NCBI GenBank assembly: GCA_050084515.1
Contig: CM114271.1
Location: 25,854,001-25,918,000, forward strand
Direction: 5' to 3'
Length of the DNA stretch: 64,000 bases
Source: Blasia pusilla
Lineage: Eukaryota
Shown here: in pieces, positions 13,982-27,861 of the stretch
Position numbering within the stretch: the stretch's first letter is position 1
Layout of the letters: the number at the start of each line of letters is the position of its first letter
Program-made: the position numbers and the translations under genes
Notes under the pieces: generated by a model
Databases searched by the model: none
Seen by the model: the letters and a program-made list of their open reading frames with translations, nothing else
Told to the model about the DNA's origin: nothing

Positions 13982-16900
13982 GTACTATTAATAGAGATGT
14001 CTATCTCAAGTTCAAAAGTTCCAAACACTCAAACCTATCAACCCAAATTTGCCACATGTCTATGGGGTTTGTACCCCTACTGATTATTAGGGCGTCTCAC
14101 ACAACGCGTCCCACAATGTCGTCGTGACACGTTTAGGGTTCCTACAATGTCGTCGTGATGCGTTTAGGGTTTGGACGTCTAGACTGTAAACGAAATTCAT
14201 CCACCTTCTCCATCACCCCCACACTACAAATGACACAAATCCGTAAAACGAAGTATGGACACATAGGCCATATGCTACGGGGCATACATGTGAGAGCATG
14301 CCCTTCTGAGACGCCCCATTAATTCCAATAGGCGGTCCCCCATATGGCCCGTGCATGGCATGGGCATCTTACCCATAACTCCTTACGGCGGAAATATCCA
14401 CGGCCGTGAACGTTCCGGGGGCCTGCTTTGAATGGGGTCCTTAACATCACGTAACACCTGTCTCTCTCTCTCACGCTCGCCGATCGAGTCCTGAGAGCGG
14501 AAGCGGTGCGGAATCTCGATCTGGAGGTCGAATGCTTCCATCGCTCTCCCTTGTGCGGAGGATCGAGATGCTCAGCTCTCGTTGTGACGACGGTTTGGTG
14601 GTTCCATGGGACCGGATCGGTTGCGAGCGAGCGAGTGCAGTATGCTGCGATTCGAAGAGGAATGATTCTGACGGATGCGAGTGGTGGTGGACAAGATTCG
14701 TGCGAATCGCGTAGAGTAGGGAGTTTCTGTGGTGGTGAAGAGGGAGGTGTGTGGCAGGAGAGAGGAGGAATTTGCAGCTTCGAGACGGTGCCTAGAATGC
14801 TGTAGATTCTCCTGCGGCCGTCTTGCTCAGAGTGGAATTCGACAGGTGCGAGATGTGTAGAGCTTCACGCGGATGCTGTCGCTGGAACCGCGTGGAACAA
14901 ACGGAGAGAATGGAGTCCGAGGAGACGAGAGGGTGGTGCGTTGGAGGACAGCGTGTGCTTGAATCGAGATCTGCAGAGCCTTACGCGACGGATGACCTCG
15001 TCCTTGCCAGAGACGAGCGCAGGAAACCGAAGATTGTGCGCTCCGATTTGTCGTCGCTTCCGTACACATGTAGACAGACGGACTGACTGACTGACTGATC
15101 GAAATGTGGAGCTTGAAGTATGCCCGGTACGACATCGATATCATGCGAAAAAGAAAGTGCCGCTGTAGGTAGAATAGGAAGAAGACTAGGTTGGACCTAA
15201 CGTCGGAGCTTTGCGCATAGCAAGAAAACGACTTCCTCACGCAGCCATGTCCAGATCCCCTCAGTCGGAGCATGGATTCCAAAATCGAAATCCTGCGCGC
15301 ACAGGCTCGGGTCGGGCCGGACGTTGGACCTTCCTTCGCCTCGTCAGGTACGGCGTTGGAATGAAAGCAACCGTTCATGACTAGTGTCTTGATGAACTTG
15401 AAGCTCGTCGAGTGTCGAGCTCCGACAGAAAGATCACAGGCCTGCTCCGCTGCGTGCCATCATAGCGTGTCATCGAGTTGTGGACCATCCGCTCTAAGAT
15501 CGATGCTCGATCCAAACATCGTCAAGCTATGGAGCTCCGGAGGCACGCTCTGCGAAACTGTGTGCAGTTTAAGGAATGTTTACGATTCCCGATGCGGCTC
15601 CAGCGGAGAAGGGGCGGTCGTTTCGCAGACACCGAGTCATACGGTGCTTAGATGCGGGAGTATGTCGTCAAGGTGATTCGGCCCGTTCAATCAGAGCCGG
15701 AAGAGAGGAAGGACATGGATAAATTGATTATAAATGAAGGCAAACGTTCTCGGCATGAACCGCGAGAAGCGATGGTGCAAGGTACAGGTGCAGTGGATTT
15801 GCAGGAGAAGGCTGGAGATGCCGATTACGACTGCAGCGGATGACATTTGGTTCAAAATGGACTGAACTGTGATTCAGAACCAGAAACGCTCCGGGGCCAA
15901 CATCAGACGTGTGCAGTCGATCACTGCGATGAGATGGAGCTGGCGCCGACATCCAAACTCGCAGTCGCTCGTCGAGTTCCTGGACACGGAATCTCTAATC
16001 TAGATTCCTCCCACCGATTCGCATGCGAAGGTTATGAAACTCAGCCCTGCCCCGACTCCGAGTCTCCGTTACAGCCCGCCTTCCAGTGCGCCTTTCCTTC
16101 CTGGCCGACAGTAATGAAAATCAGATTCAATTTGGAGCAGTGAATCTTTTCTACGCATGATTTCCTCCCTCCCTCTCCGCCTGCCTTCCTCCATCTCCCT
16201 CTCCCTCTCCATCTCATCGCTGCATTCCACCTTACCAAACTCCACACATCCCTTCCTTCGGATCCGTGGAAGGCGATGCAGAAGCGTCATCCTTCAATGA
16301 ATGAATGAATCACCTCTGCAATGAAAGCGATTCTCTGTGCCCTGTCCCGCCAGGTCCTCTTCTCTTTCGTGTGGAAGCCGACCTGAGAAACCAGATCAGA
16401 CGATTTGATCGACTGTCGATTGGTGCGTAATAAGATGCTAATGAGATTCGGTGGCACATTTTCTTCCCAGAACAACGTCACGCACGCGCGCACGAACGTC
16501 GTCGTCCAGGCGCAGCAGCGGGACAGGAGGCGAGAAAGGGTGTAAGGCCGACTGACGGATCGCGTTGCTGCAGGTAGCTCTAGCTGCGCGTGCAGTCATA
16601 ATTGGAAACGCTACTTGACAAGGATTCTAAGATGTGTGACAGAAAGAAGAAAGCGGTGGGAGCTCAGCAGGCGATGATGCGACCCATGTGTGATTGGAAA
16701 GTGAGCACGCACTCGTGACTGCCTGACAGCGGCTGCATTAGCTGGAGACCTCCCTCCACTCCGATCCAATGCAGCTCCAGCAGATCCGGACTCTGATTGA
16801 CGTTCTCGTCGTTGAGCGGATCGCGGAGAAGTGCCTCGCCAATGCTGGGAACCGGTCCCGATGAAAAGCGACGCGCAGTGAGTTGCCGAGCCATCGAGTG

Positions 16901-19900
16901 CGCTCGCTGGCTAGCTGCAACTCTGGATCCCTCCTTGGTGGGAGATCGCGGTGGGGTGGGTGTGCACGCCAGTCCGCCTGGTCTTCCGCGGGGATCAGAT
17001 GCGGCCCGCCATGGTCTTTGCGAAGGCAATTATTTCAGTTGGCTGCTGTCGCACCACGAAAAACGTGTGCATTGAACGTTTCGATCCAGTATTCCCCCTT
17101 TTTCTCCACCATTTCTCTCCGCTCTCATGGAGATCCATCCGCTCGAACAGCACCGGTAGGGAGAGAGACAAGCCTAGCTAGGCAAGCCACATTGCTGGAC
17201 GACTGCTCAGCATCCGAGCAGACAGTCGAATCGATCGCAGCCTGACGTACCCAAGCAAATGCTCTGAATGGGATGGGAGCGGAAGCTCCTAATAGTAGTC
17301 ATCACATGATGAACTTCTACTTCTACTTCTTCTTCTTCTTCTCCTTCTCCTTTTGATGTTGAATCGAAACGTAATCTGCCAGGCGATGGGAGTCACGGGC
17401 AGCCCGACATGAAGCCCTCACAACTTCACGACGGGACAGCACAGTTTCCAACCCTGACGACACCGAAAACGCTTCTCGATCCGATTTCAGTTTATAATTT
17501 GGACTGGAGGGTGGCGGACTCGGATCCATCCACCTTTCCTCATGCGCTGCCTCATGTCCTCCGATCCGCTCCTCGCATCTGACCCCGAGGCGAGGCCCTA
17601 CGCTCGGGCTGTCCATTTTTAGACCAGTCCGCGTCGAATTGCGAGATGTATCTGATTTCGGAGTCCCAGGAGTCAACGGCTTTGGACTTCGACCCAGCTG
17701 TCGAAGCTGGACCGGAGTCTGCTGGGGCCTGGGCACCCCCTCATTCTAAAAAAAATGAAACTGATGGCTCTTTTACCGAAGACCTTGGCCAGTGGGGCTA
17801 CAGTGTGGATCTGCATTCGTTCTGTGCCGGTCGGTGGGCCGCGCTGCTGAGCTGAGACTCGAGGATTATGCGGGAAGTGGAACCCCCCCCGCTGGACGCG
17901 GTGACATTCCCTTTCCCCGGCGAGGATAGATGCGGATCGGCAGCAGTGCACATGAGCTTCAAATGAGCCTTGAAGCTCATGAAGGGTGCATGCTCTCTCT
18001 TAGATCAGAGCGCATGTTCGGAGTTCAATGCAGATGCGAGAGAAATGACCTCTCACCACAAAGACCGGGAGTGAGAGGATGAGTGAGTGCGCGGTACCTG
18101 TAGAAATTGGAGTTCTCGAATCTCGACACCCATCGATTTCATTCTGGGGAACTTTCCATCCGATCGTGTGAAAGCCTCATAAACCGCGGGGGACAGCCCA
18201 TGATCGCGACTACAGATAGAATTACTCCGCAGCTATTCTACGTCCGCTGGGCTCCCAATGATGAAGAAGAAGAAGAATTAGAGTCGGAGTGACAGCGATA
18301 CTGTCAGCCACATGTCCAGGAAAATCGGAAACGAGGCTATGGAGGGAGATCAATGAACGATCGATCCATTATGCCAAAGAGTCCCAAGATTTCACGATAT
18401 GGTCTCGCCCACGGACGGACGCCGTGTCTCTGGCAGAATCTGTCCGAGAACCCTCCCCGCCCCCCATCGTCAATTGTCATGTGCGACCCAGAACTAATCG
18501 CGTCAGGCAGACAGACATATACGTCGAGCGAGTTCCTGCAGCTGCTTGATTTCTAAGGCCTTGTCGTTGGCGACTGTGGTACTTCCCCATTGCAGACAGA
18601 GAAGAGAGTATGAGTTCGATTTAGGGTGGGCGGATGGGCAGTCCGAGCTCTTAGTGATTGATCCTGGAGCGCGGTAGCAGGGGATTATAATACCGCATTC
18701 GACCACAAAACCCCGAAGAGGCCTAGCGATGTCGGACACGTGCGTTGCGTGGCATCGACTAATCCTGATCCCCGGGACAGGCTGGCTGGCACACAGCGGC
18801 CCTGTCCAGCAGTGGGCCCAACGCCTCGTTGCGGCTATGGCGTCCACCGATTATACGCGAGCGGGTTTCCCTCGAGAGGAAAAAGGAACGGCATCGGACT
18901 GTGTTCTTTTCTGTTTTTTGTTTTTTTTGTTTTCCTCTTTTGCCCGTGGAACGTAGTAAAGATAACAAACCGATCGCAATGCGGCCTGCAGAGCTCAGCT
19001 ACGCAAAAAGGCACCAAAAATAGCTGCAATCGAAATCAAGATACCGCGGCAATGCACAACTGTAGTTTGCGCGATGACGAAGAGAGTCGACAATGGCTTC
19101 CTTCCTCCGACGCCTGCAGGCATCGCTCATCGCTCTCTGGCCCCACCCCACCGTCCGGCACGAACTCGTCCATGCATGCAGCCTTCTCGCGATGGCGTTC
19201 ACTGTCAGATCGACCGCCATTTAGTTAAGCGAGCTTCGTGCTTCTTCTTCAAGCTCACGACGGCGAGCGAGCAACTGCAGCAGCGCGGCGCTTGTGCTCC
19301 TTCCCGATCTAACAACATCTGCTCCACCAACTGAGAGCTCCCCTCTCTCTCCCACCTTCTGCTCCACGGATTCTCGGCCCTTCGACGCGTTGAAGACCAC
19401 CACCTCCTCTCCACTTCCCGCAGCAGACACTCACACCCTCACCATCGCCACCATCGCGCTGCTGACGCCGCTGGAACCACCTGCAGCGTGCACTTTCCAT
19501 CCGGAGACACCGATCTTCACCGGCTAATTAATTCTTAATTCCGTAGCCCGAGCCGCTTTCAAATCCGCATGATTGGGCATGTTTTCTAGGATCCTCTTCC
19601 ACACGCAGAGAGAGAGAGAATGTCACGGAACCTGGAGGGCGGTGTGCTCACCACGTTAAAAGGCGAGGTCGTCGGCGTACAGTGGTAGGTATCTGGATAT
19701 AGAGGTGAGAGCGTTGCCAGGACGGTACGTACGAAGTAGACGAGCTCATGTACGCAGTCCCTGCTGACAAGGGAGCGATGTCGCGGCCATCGCTCCGAGG
19801 GAATAACTAACGAGGAGGGGGTGAAGGGGAGAGAGGGATAAGTTGGGTGGCAAGGCGGCTGCATTGACGCTGACAGAGCACGCCGGCTTTTCGTTTCTCT

Positions 19901-20256
19901 GCGTATCTGCCGTTGTCATCTGACGATGCGGGGGAGCGGATTCAGCGCGGCTGAGGACGACAGGACGGTGAAGGAGAAATAATTTCCCTTCTTCTTTCCG
20001 TCCTCTCTTCATGGGTCATTGTTGAGTCTGCATTCGGCTTTTTTGTAGGTGTAGGTGCACAGCGTGAGGAGGAGGAGGAGGAGGAGGAGGCGGAGAGAGA
20101 GAGAGAGGAATCGGATTTCGACTGCAGACTGGTGCGGAAGTCTGTCTGCTCTCTGAGTGATTGATGAGCGCTGCCGCGGAGATGGTGCGCGAGAGCGGAG
20201 GGGAAGAGTAGTCGACATGGCGGGCTAGAGACGCGGAAATCAGAGGTCGTACAAGT

Positions 20257-23200
20257 ATGGGGAGCTACCATGGTGCGAAGGCGGTGCTACTGGTGGTCAC
20301 GATTTACGGTCTGTCTACGATATGCTGCGTGAGAGGGGCGGATTTTGTGTCTCCGGAAGTGCAGGTGCTACTGTCGATCAAAGAGAGCCTGGTAGACCCG
20401 TCTCGCGTTCTCGCAAGCTGGGACGCAGCTGATAGCATGCCTTGCAATTGGACCGGGGTGCTGTGCAGAGGCCAAAATCGACCTGTGGTTTTTTCTCTCA
20501 TTTTGAAGCACAGTAATCTGTCCGGAACGATTTCTCCTCGCATCGGCGAGCTCACGTACTTGGAAACTCTGCACCTGGGAGGGAACTTCTTGAGAGGGGA
20601 AATTCCTTCGGAGATCGGCAGGCTTTCTGCTCTGACGCTACTGGATTTGGGAAGGAATTTTCTCAGCGGAAGTATTCCTGCGACTATAGGGAATGTCAGC
20701 AGTCTACAGGATGCCAACTTTGAGGAGAACTATCTGACGGGTGCACTTCCCCCGGACATTGGCAACCTCACCAGTTGCAGGTACTTCAGCGTGAGACAGA
20801 CCAAGATCGGGGGCCTCATTCCTTCGGGTTTGAGAGTCATAGAGGAGCTGAACCTGCAGGACACGAAGATCACCGGGCCCATTCCGGGTGATTTTTTCAA
20901 ACAAAACCAGGTGAAGTATCTGTATCTTAACAACCTTCAGTTCTCCGGATCCATGGCATCCGAATTCGGTCAACTTCCGAAGCTTGAAGGACTGTACATG
21001 AGAAACACCGGTCTCTTGGGGGCCATTCCTGCGAACTGGACGAATACCTGGAGTCTCATGTACCTTGATCTGTCGGGCAACAGGCTGAATGGGCAAATTC
21101 CCGAGAGTCTCGGGCGCCTTTCCAACCTCAAAATGCTGGAGCTCTCTCGAAATTCTCTCTCGGGATCTCTTCCCCAAGAGCTGGGGAAATTCTGCCAACT
21201 CGAAGAGCTCGATCTGTCCTTCAATCAACTCAGCGGTCCGGTTCCAGACGGTCTGTGCGCAGGCGGGACGTTGAAGACGTTGAATCTAGCGGACAACGGG
21301 ATTGAGGGGAGTTTGCCTCCCATTCTTGCGAATTGCAGCACCCTGGTCGACGTGAACCTCGGATACAATGCGTTCTCGGGAACCGTATCGTGGGCTCTTG
21401 GTTCCGGAGAAAGCCTGTTGTCCCTGAGGGTTGGTCACAACCTTCTCAACGGAAGCATTCCACCTGAATTCGGCATGTTGAGAAATCTGACTATGCTGGA
21501 CCTTTCTCACAATAACTTCTCGGGTTCCATACCTCCTGAGATCCAAGGTCTTGTCGGTCTACAGATGCTCAACCTGTCCTCCAACCAATTTTCAGGGTCG
21601 TTGCCTCCCAACCTCAGCGAATGCAAGGCTTTGGACACGCTGCTTCTGCAAAGAAATGGTTTCACCGGAGAAATTCCAGTCGCAAGTCTCAGCAGTTTGC
21701 CTCTTCTCGCGGAGCTGAATTTAGCTGGGAATCGCTTGGAAGGGGGTGTGGCGGAAGGGTTGGGAAATCTCTCTCTACTGTCGAGAGCCCTGAACCTCAG
21801 TAGCAACTCGCTGAACGGTAGCATTCCATCCGACCTCGGGAAGCTTGAGATGTTGGAGTCACTAGACCTTTCTTTCAACGAATTTTCGGGTGAAATTCCT
21901 GTGGCGCTCCAAGACCTGCACAAGCTGCAATCTCTCGACCTCTCTTACAATCAACTCACTGGAAACATACCTCCATCCATCCTAACACTGGATCATCTCA
22001 AGACCTTGAACCTCTCCTACAATCGTCTTACCGGCGTTGTACCAGTCGTGACCGTGGCAAGTGGGCATCCGCCATGGCCGGCGGATTCTTTTCTCGGCAA
22101 TGTGGACCTCTGTGTGACCAACTGCTCGCAGGCCTCATCGTCGCCTGCTGATTCCAAGCCCGACGACGACGGTTTGAGCAGCGGTGCTCTGGCTGGAATT
22201 GTCGTGGGAGCCTTGGGAGCCCTGGGGTTCTTACTTTTGGCGACGATAACACTTTGCTTCACCAGAAAGGACTCCAGTGTGATTCCGGTCCAGAAACAAC
22301 GATTCTTGCTTCCAGAGATTTATAAGGGATTAACTTACAACGAAATCATGGCAGCGACGGACAATCTGAGCGACAAAAATCGGATTGGTAGGGGAGGATA
22401 CGGGACTGTCTACAAAGGAACGTTTGCCAACGACACGGTTTGCGCCGTGAAGCAAATTGTTATGGCAGCAGAATCGTCCAGAGCTAGCTTTCAAACTCAT
22501 CTGATGGATGTCGAGATCGCGGGACAGACGGATCACAAAAACATTGTGAAGCTCATGGGCTTCTGCCACAGGGGAGACGAGACGCTAATCGTATACGAGT
22601 TCATGCCAAACGGAAGCTTAGGGGATGCTCTGCATAAGCGAGGTGAGTTCCCAAGAGATCCATCTATCTGCGATGGTGTCACTCGCTGTCGACGAAATCG
22701 CTCGGGAAAGAGTAGAACCTTACGGGTCGATTGTCGACGAACTTCGTTTGTCTTGATGGGATATACTGCGCCGTAGCAATCATCAGAAGCAGTGTTGTGA
22801 GCTCACCAGAAGCTCAATCAATCTGAGGAAACCGTTCTCTAGCTGTTGTAGTAGGCGGTAGAATTCAGAACGTTAGACAGAGGAATGCCTTCCACTGGAA
22901 ACGCAATCCTGCTTGCCGTTCAGTCGATGGGGAACTCAATGTTCGTACATCACAAGTAGACCGCTTTCTAAGTTTCGTGCTTTGCTGTGCTAGATTTCTA
23001 GCCCACATGGGGCCTTCCAACTCTCGCCGCTCCTTCAGCATCCCGTCCACATTTCCTCCCATTCCCCTCTCAACAACACCCCCCCCAAGGCAATGCTTCT
23101 ACAAAAGCACCGGAGAACTCGGGGAACAGGCTTCTTGACTTGCTTCTACAATGTGACTGTAGAACAGCAAGACTGCTTGAAAATAATCAGCTCCTCTCTT

Positions 23201-25219
23201 ATCTTCATGCTTTCTACATTACACCGATTGTTTATTATTCATGACTGTGGCGAGGATCTAGTAGAAACGTTGGACCTGATTTGGCTGTCGTCTCGCACCG
23301 TCCGTCTCCCTTAACTCATTACTGCAGCATTGATTTCAACCTGATTTCCCTTACCTCATTACTGCAGCACACACCCTGTGAGGTGATGGGACCAAGCGAA
23401 AATGTATCTGACGTGTGACCTTGACATCAGTGTCTCAAGCAGAAGACGGCGAGAAACTGAGCTGGGAAACGCGTTTCAAGATTTTATGCGGTGCTGCTGC
23501 CGGAATAGAGTCTGTGCACAATCACTGCAAACCACAGGTTATCCATCGTGATTTGAAGAGCAACAACATTCTACTGGATGGCGACATGGAGCCTTGCATC
23601 ACCGACTTTGGCATGACGAAAATGGTGGAGAATGCAGGAGGCTTTGCGCCCAACATGGCCGTAGTGGCAGGCTCTGGAGGATACCTTGCTCCTGGTATGA
23701 TCTCTTTCCTACTTTCTCCTCCGTAGGTGGTTTACATCTATGTGACTATGTCCACTCCAATGCAGTGCGATCACGAAGATCGTGGAGGACATAATCAATC
23801 CCCTCTTCTTGTGAAAGAATGCCTACCCTCAAATTGAGGTGGTCGGTTGCTGCACTGGGCAGCTATGTCTTCATCCGTCATTTCCCAGCTCGTGATAGTT
23901 TCGCCACTGTCGTACTGAGAAGAAGAGCAACTTTACCTCTGTGGGTTTTAGGCCGAAGAACTATCGACACCGACTTCTTTCGTCCCCTAGCACGAAGAGA
24001 CACAATGGAGAAAATGCCATGGATTCTCACCCTCTTTAAGACATCGAAGCTCTTTTCTCAATATGTAAGAGAAGCTAATCGAGACAAATCAGGGAACTTT
24101 CCACAACATTGTCGTAGTAGACGCTTGTGCTTTAGCTCCCTTTCCTCGAGTACTATTCTACTCCAAAAACTCTACATTTGTCTCCCCCAGCCCAGCAAAA
24201 TGTGGCCACTGTTGTCGACGATGCCTCACAGAGAAGTACATTTGCATCCGATCCAGAGAAGCTGCATCAAATCCTCGAGAACGGGGAGCAGTGGAGCTCG
24301 CAGAGCAGCCCATCGGCACATAACGGTCGAATGATATGGGGCAGTAGATTTCACAGAAACCCATTCGCATGTGATGCAGAGACCATGGTGAGACCAGATG
24401 ACGGTGGACAGTAAATTTCACAGAGAAACCCATGCGCATCCAAACAGGAAAAGCAGGAGAAAATTGATGGAGGCCATCAGATCTCAAAGAGTAGTGCATT
24501 CGCATCTAACCAAGAGGAGCACGATTGAATGATGGGAGATGGTAGGCTTCACAGAGGATTCCATCTGCTTATAATCAGGAGAGGTGATTCTTGCCGACTG
24601 GGGTACTAGAGAGATGAAAAGCATACATAGGATCCCCCACAAAAGGAAGCTGTAGGCTACATTCCTAAGCGAATTCGTCGGTTCTCATCCAGTCCCCTCC
24701 TCTGATTCCGACTCAAAGCTTTTGCTTTCAGTACTTCGCATCCCCCAACTAAAGATTGCCACGAACATAACGACATTGCCTTTGTTGCTCGCTTGTGTTC
24801 TATCTGCAGAGTACTGTCTCAAAATGAAAATGACCGACAAAAGCGATGTCTACAGCTTTGGAGTCATCATACTGGAAGTGCTGACTGGAACGTACCCCGA
24901 GATCACGGATGACTTCAGCTTGGTGGATTGGGTCATAGACACTCTGAGAAACGAGGGCGTTTTAGAATCGATCTTGGACACAGCTCTACGAGAGGAAGTC
25001 ATCGAGTCCCATCAGGCAGAGGAGCAGATGACTCTGGTCCTACAGATCGGGCTTCTCTGCACAGTCGAGGATCCCGAGCAGCGTCCCTCCATGCGAGAGG
25101 TGCAAGAGATGCTAGAATACTCCAAAGGCGAGCACGGAAAAATCCGAGTGCCTGACCTCAACGATCTGCTCCACGATTTGAGCGGATCTCCAGACGACGA
25201 GTACAATATGATGCAGTAG
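20257..25219 (+). CDS. Leucine-rich-repeat receptor-like Ser/Thr kinase (LRR-XI-like); exons ~20257-22642, ~23443-23694, 24810-25219
   Basis: Signal peptide, LRRNT (W..CNWTGV.C), ~20 plant LRRs, GN..LC cap, TM helix. Kinase motifs GRGGYG, AVK, HRDLKSNN, DFG, GYLAP|EY, SDVYSFG. GT-AG junctions keep the frame. Confidence 0.95.
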
Positions 25220-25788
25220 CGATAGAAAAACCGTAGACCGAATTCATTCATCACAGGCTCGCAGTCCAGTGTACATACTACACATTGCCCATCCAGACAG
25301 AATCGATAGCCGAAGCTCACCATATCTGGACGCCCAAAGGTTTTGTAGACTGCTTAGGTTGAGTTTAGGGGAGGAGAAAGGGAGCAGAGAGAGCTGAGGA
25401 CTCCAATGCATTACTTGCTAGATCTTGTTTCAGCCGGGATGGGTTTGTTGAAGGAGTGCGATCGATTATAGATAGTGTCACATCAGTGATTTATTTCCAT
25501 CCTTGTTGGGGAATTGGAAGGGAGACATTGCAAATTAGATTAGGCAAGATGCATTCTCGATCCCCAGATATGAAGGATCGTGTAATTGCTAGGGACTTGG
25601 AAAGAACCGATCGAGATTTCGAAGTAGACTGGTGGGGGGGACAGTATTCTTGTTCCCCAGTGCGACGGATTTTGTAATTGTGTGGGACGGATTTTCTCAA
25701 TGGAAGTACCAGTGCGGCTTCTTCTTGGCTGCTTCTTCTTCGCCCTCTCTTTTTCTGTGCACTCGTGTGATGATTGGGATTGAGATTT

Positions 25789-25925
25789 GAGCTGCAACTA
25801 TCCTGCGAGAGCTATGCACTCTTTTGGTGTTTGGCGTGGAATAATTTGGAGCTGCAACTCTCCTGCGATAGCTTGGCACTGTTGTGGTGATTGGCATGGA
25901 ATAATTTCGAGCTGCAACTCTCCTC
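25789..25925. repeat. 60-bp tandem repeat, ~2.3 copies
   Basis: GAGCTGCAACT.TCCT at 25789, 25849 and 25909. Confidence 0.85.
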
Positions 25926-26151
25926 TTGTGAGGAGAGAATGTATTCATTAAGTAGTGTCTGTAGTGTACTTCTGGACAATGTACTATACTCTCAAGCTTG
26001 CTCCCAAGCGGTAGATGACCAAGAGGTTAGCTTAACAAACATATGGTCCTCTTGAAGAGCTCTTGAGTTCAATTCTCCCCTTGACAATACCAGGTGGTCT
26101 CAACCCCAGGGCAATGGCATCCCCTACTTACGGCCCGTATGGTGCATGTTT

Positions 26152-26476
26152 GAAAGAGAGAACGCCTTGACTATGCTCCCGGATCAGAAATCTCTCCTCA
26201 ACGAGAACCCCACATCTAGATGTGAAGGTGCCTGTTGGATGTGATGTCAATCATGTATGTGGAAGGGGTCCCATAAGCCAGATTTGCTTCCCCGTGGATT
26301 CTCTTTCAAACATGGATGGTCCGGATTCGAAAGAGAGAGCGCCTTCACTATGCTCCCGGATCAGAAATCTCTTCTCAATGAGAACCCCACATCTAGATGT
26401 GAAGGTGCCTGCCGGATGGGATGTCAATCATGTATGTGGAAGGGGTTTCATAAGCCATATCAACTTCCCCGTGGTC
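26152..26476. repeat. ~178-bp-period tandem duplication
   Basis: GAAAGAGAGA.CGCCTT.ACTATGCTCCCGGATCAGAAATCT...ACATCTAGATGTGAAGGTGCCTG...CTTCCCCGTGG occurs twice. Confidence 0.9.
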
Positions 26477-27861
26477 TAAAAGTCCACTCTACTCTACTCC
26501 CACTGAAAGAAATAGGGCTATGGAGTGGGGTTCTCAGCAGCAAGGTTTTCTGCTACTGCGAGTTATGGAGTACTGGCGCACACTCACGGTGATTGGGATT
26601 GATGTCGGAATCATCCCTTCACGAAGATCACTTGATAGAATTTCTTATCTACAGGGTGTCTTGTCTGAAGATCCTAGCCATTTTCTCATTTAACTGGAAA
26701 GAGTATTCTTCTTCTTGTGTACTTGGGATCACTGAGCATTTTGGGCAACTTCCCTTTTTCGAATTTCCAACCTTTATCTCCATGGCCTGCTCATAATGAA
26801 AGGGTGAAACATCTGCATCCTTAATAATATACACAAGACATTCATTATTGATTAGTTGGAAGTTGTGCCTCTACTCAATTTTGCAAAATGGATATCAATG
26901 GCCCTTTAACAAACACTGCTTGTAGGAATAGCCTTCCTTGCTTGTAGGGCGTGGCCAACCTCCGCTCAAAAATTCCAAAGTAAACTCTTTCCTTCAACAT
27001 TATATGTTTTCTTCCATTGGCTTGTAAATGGTGCCAAATGTCATATCAACTCTTTTGGGGAGATCTGCCCAGCATGCTTTAAGCACTACTACACTCAAGA
27101 AGATTGCCAACTTCGGGTCCATGGTATGTACTCAATGAGTTTCTTATTACACAAAAGTTCATGGTGATTACTCACCTGTATCTTCTCATAACCTTCTAAG
27201 AATGTGTGCCCATTTGTCCATCATCTACTCCCTCAGCCACTCCTATCTTACTACCTCCTTCCAAGATCTTCTTGGTTGTCTTTTCTTGTCTCGACTCATC
27301 CCACTCTATCTCTACTCTTTGATGGGGTTAGGTGAGCGGTCCTAAATTCTAGTCATGGGTTGGACATAAGTTACTCTCATATCCTATCCTGACATGGCCT
27401 CTTATATCATTTTCCTTGTATCTTAACTTGCTTCCATCTCTCTGCCTCCTTGGTCCTAATCAGCTGAGGTGAAACGAGGCCAACAAGGTACAGATTAATT
27501 GCTTTAGCTTCTACATGCCGCCACATACCGGGCCACAAAACTATCCAATGTGGTTGGGAACAAGCATACTCTCGCTTGTACAAACAAGTTATGTTGTGAC
27601 AGCCTCCCTCCCACCTGACCTCTTTAATATTAATCTCTACTTCTTGTACATGTTGAAAAGTCCACTGAACCTGAGTTTCTAAGATGGGCCTCCACACAAG
27701 ACTTGGTTGCATCCTGCTGGCAAGCTTTCACCATCTTGTCATGCTCTGCATAGAACATACACTTCGCTGGACTCCTGCCTGAAATCTCTTTTTTACATTG
27801 CTACAACGATACTATCTTCAATGCTATTTTCTACCATGCAAAATTTTGATTGCTTTCAAGA

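Noticed and set aside
14110-14172. Telomere-like TTTAGGG motifs (also near 4400)
   Set aside because: Isolated motifs in a two-copy 31-bp repeat, not an interstitial telomere array.
20304-22569. Many antisense ORFs over the LRR exon
   Set aside because: Shadow ORFs of a GC-rich coding exon.
24220-24570. Degenerate ~60-bp repeats in LRR-RLK intron 2 and ORF 23819-24334
   Set aside because: An old intronic minisatellite; the ORF has no recognisable motifs.
27180-27712. Possible RTE-LINE C-terminal remnant (GHV.R..PRRSW) downstream of RH36
   Set aside because: Too short and degenerate to support a call.
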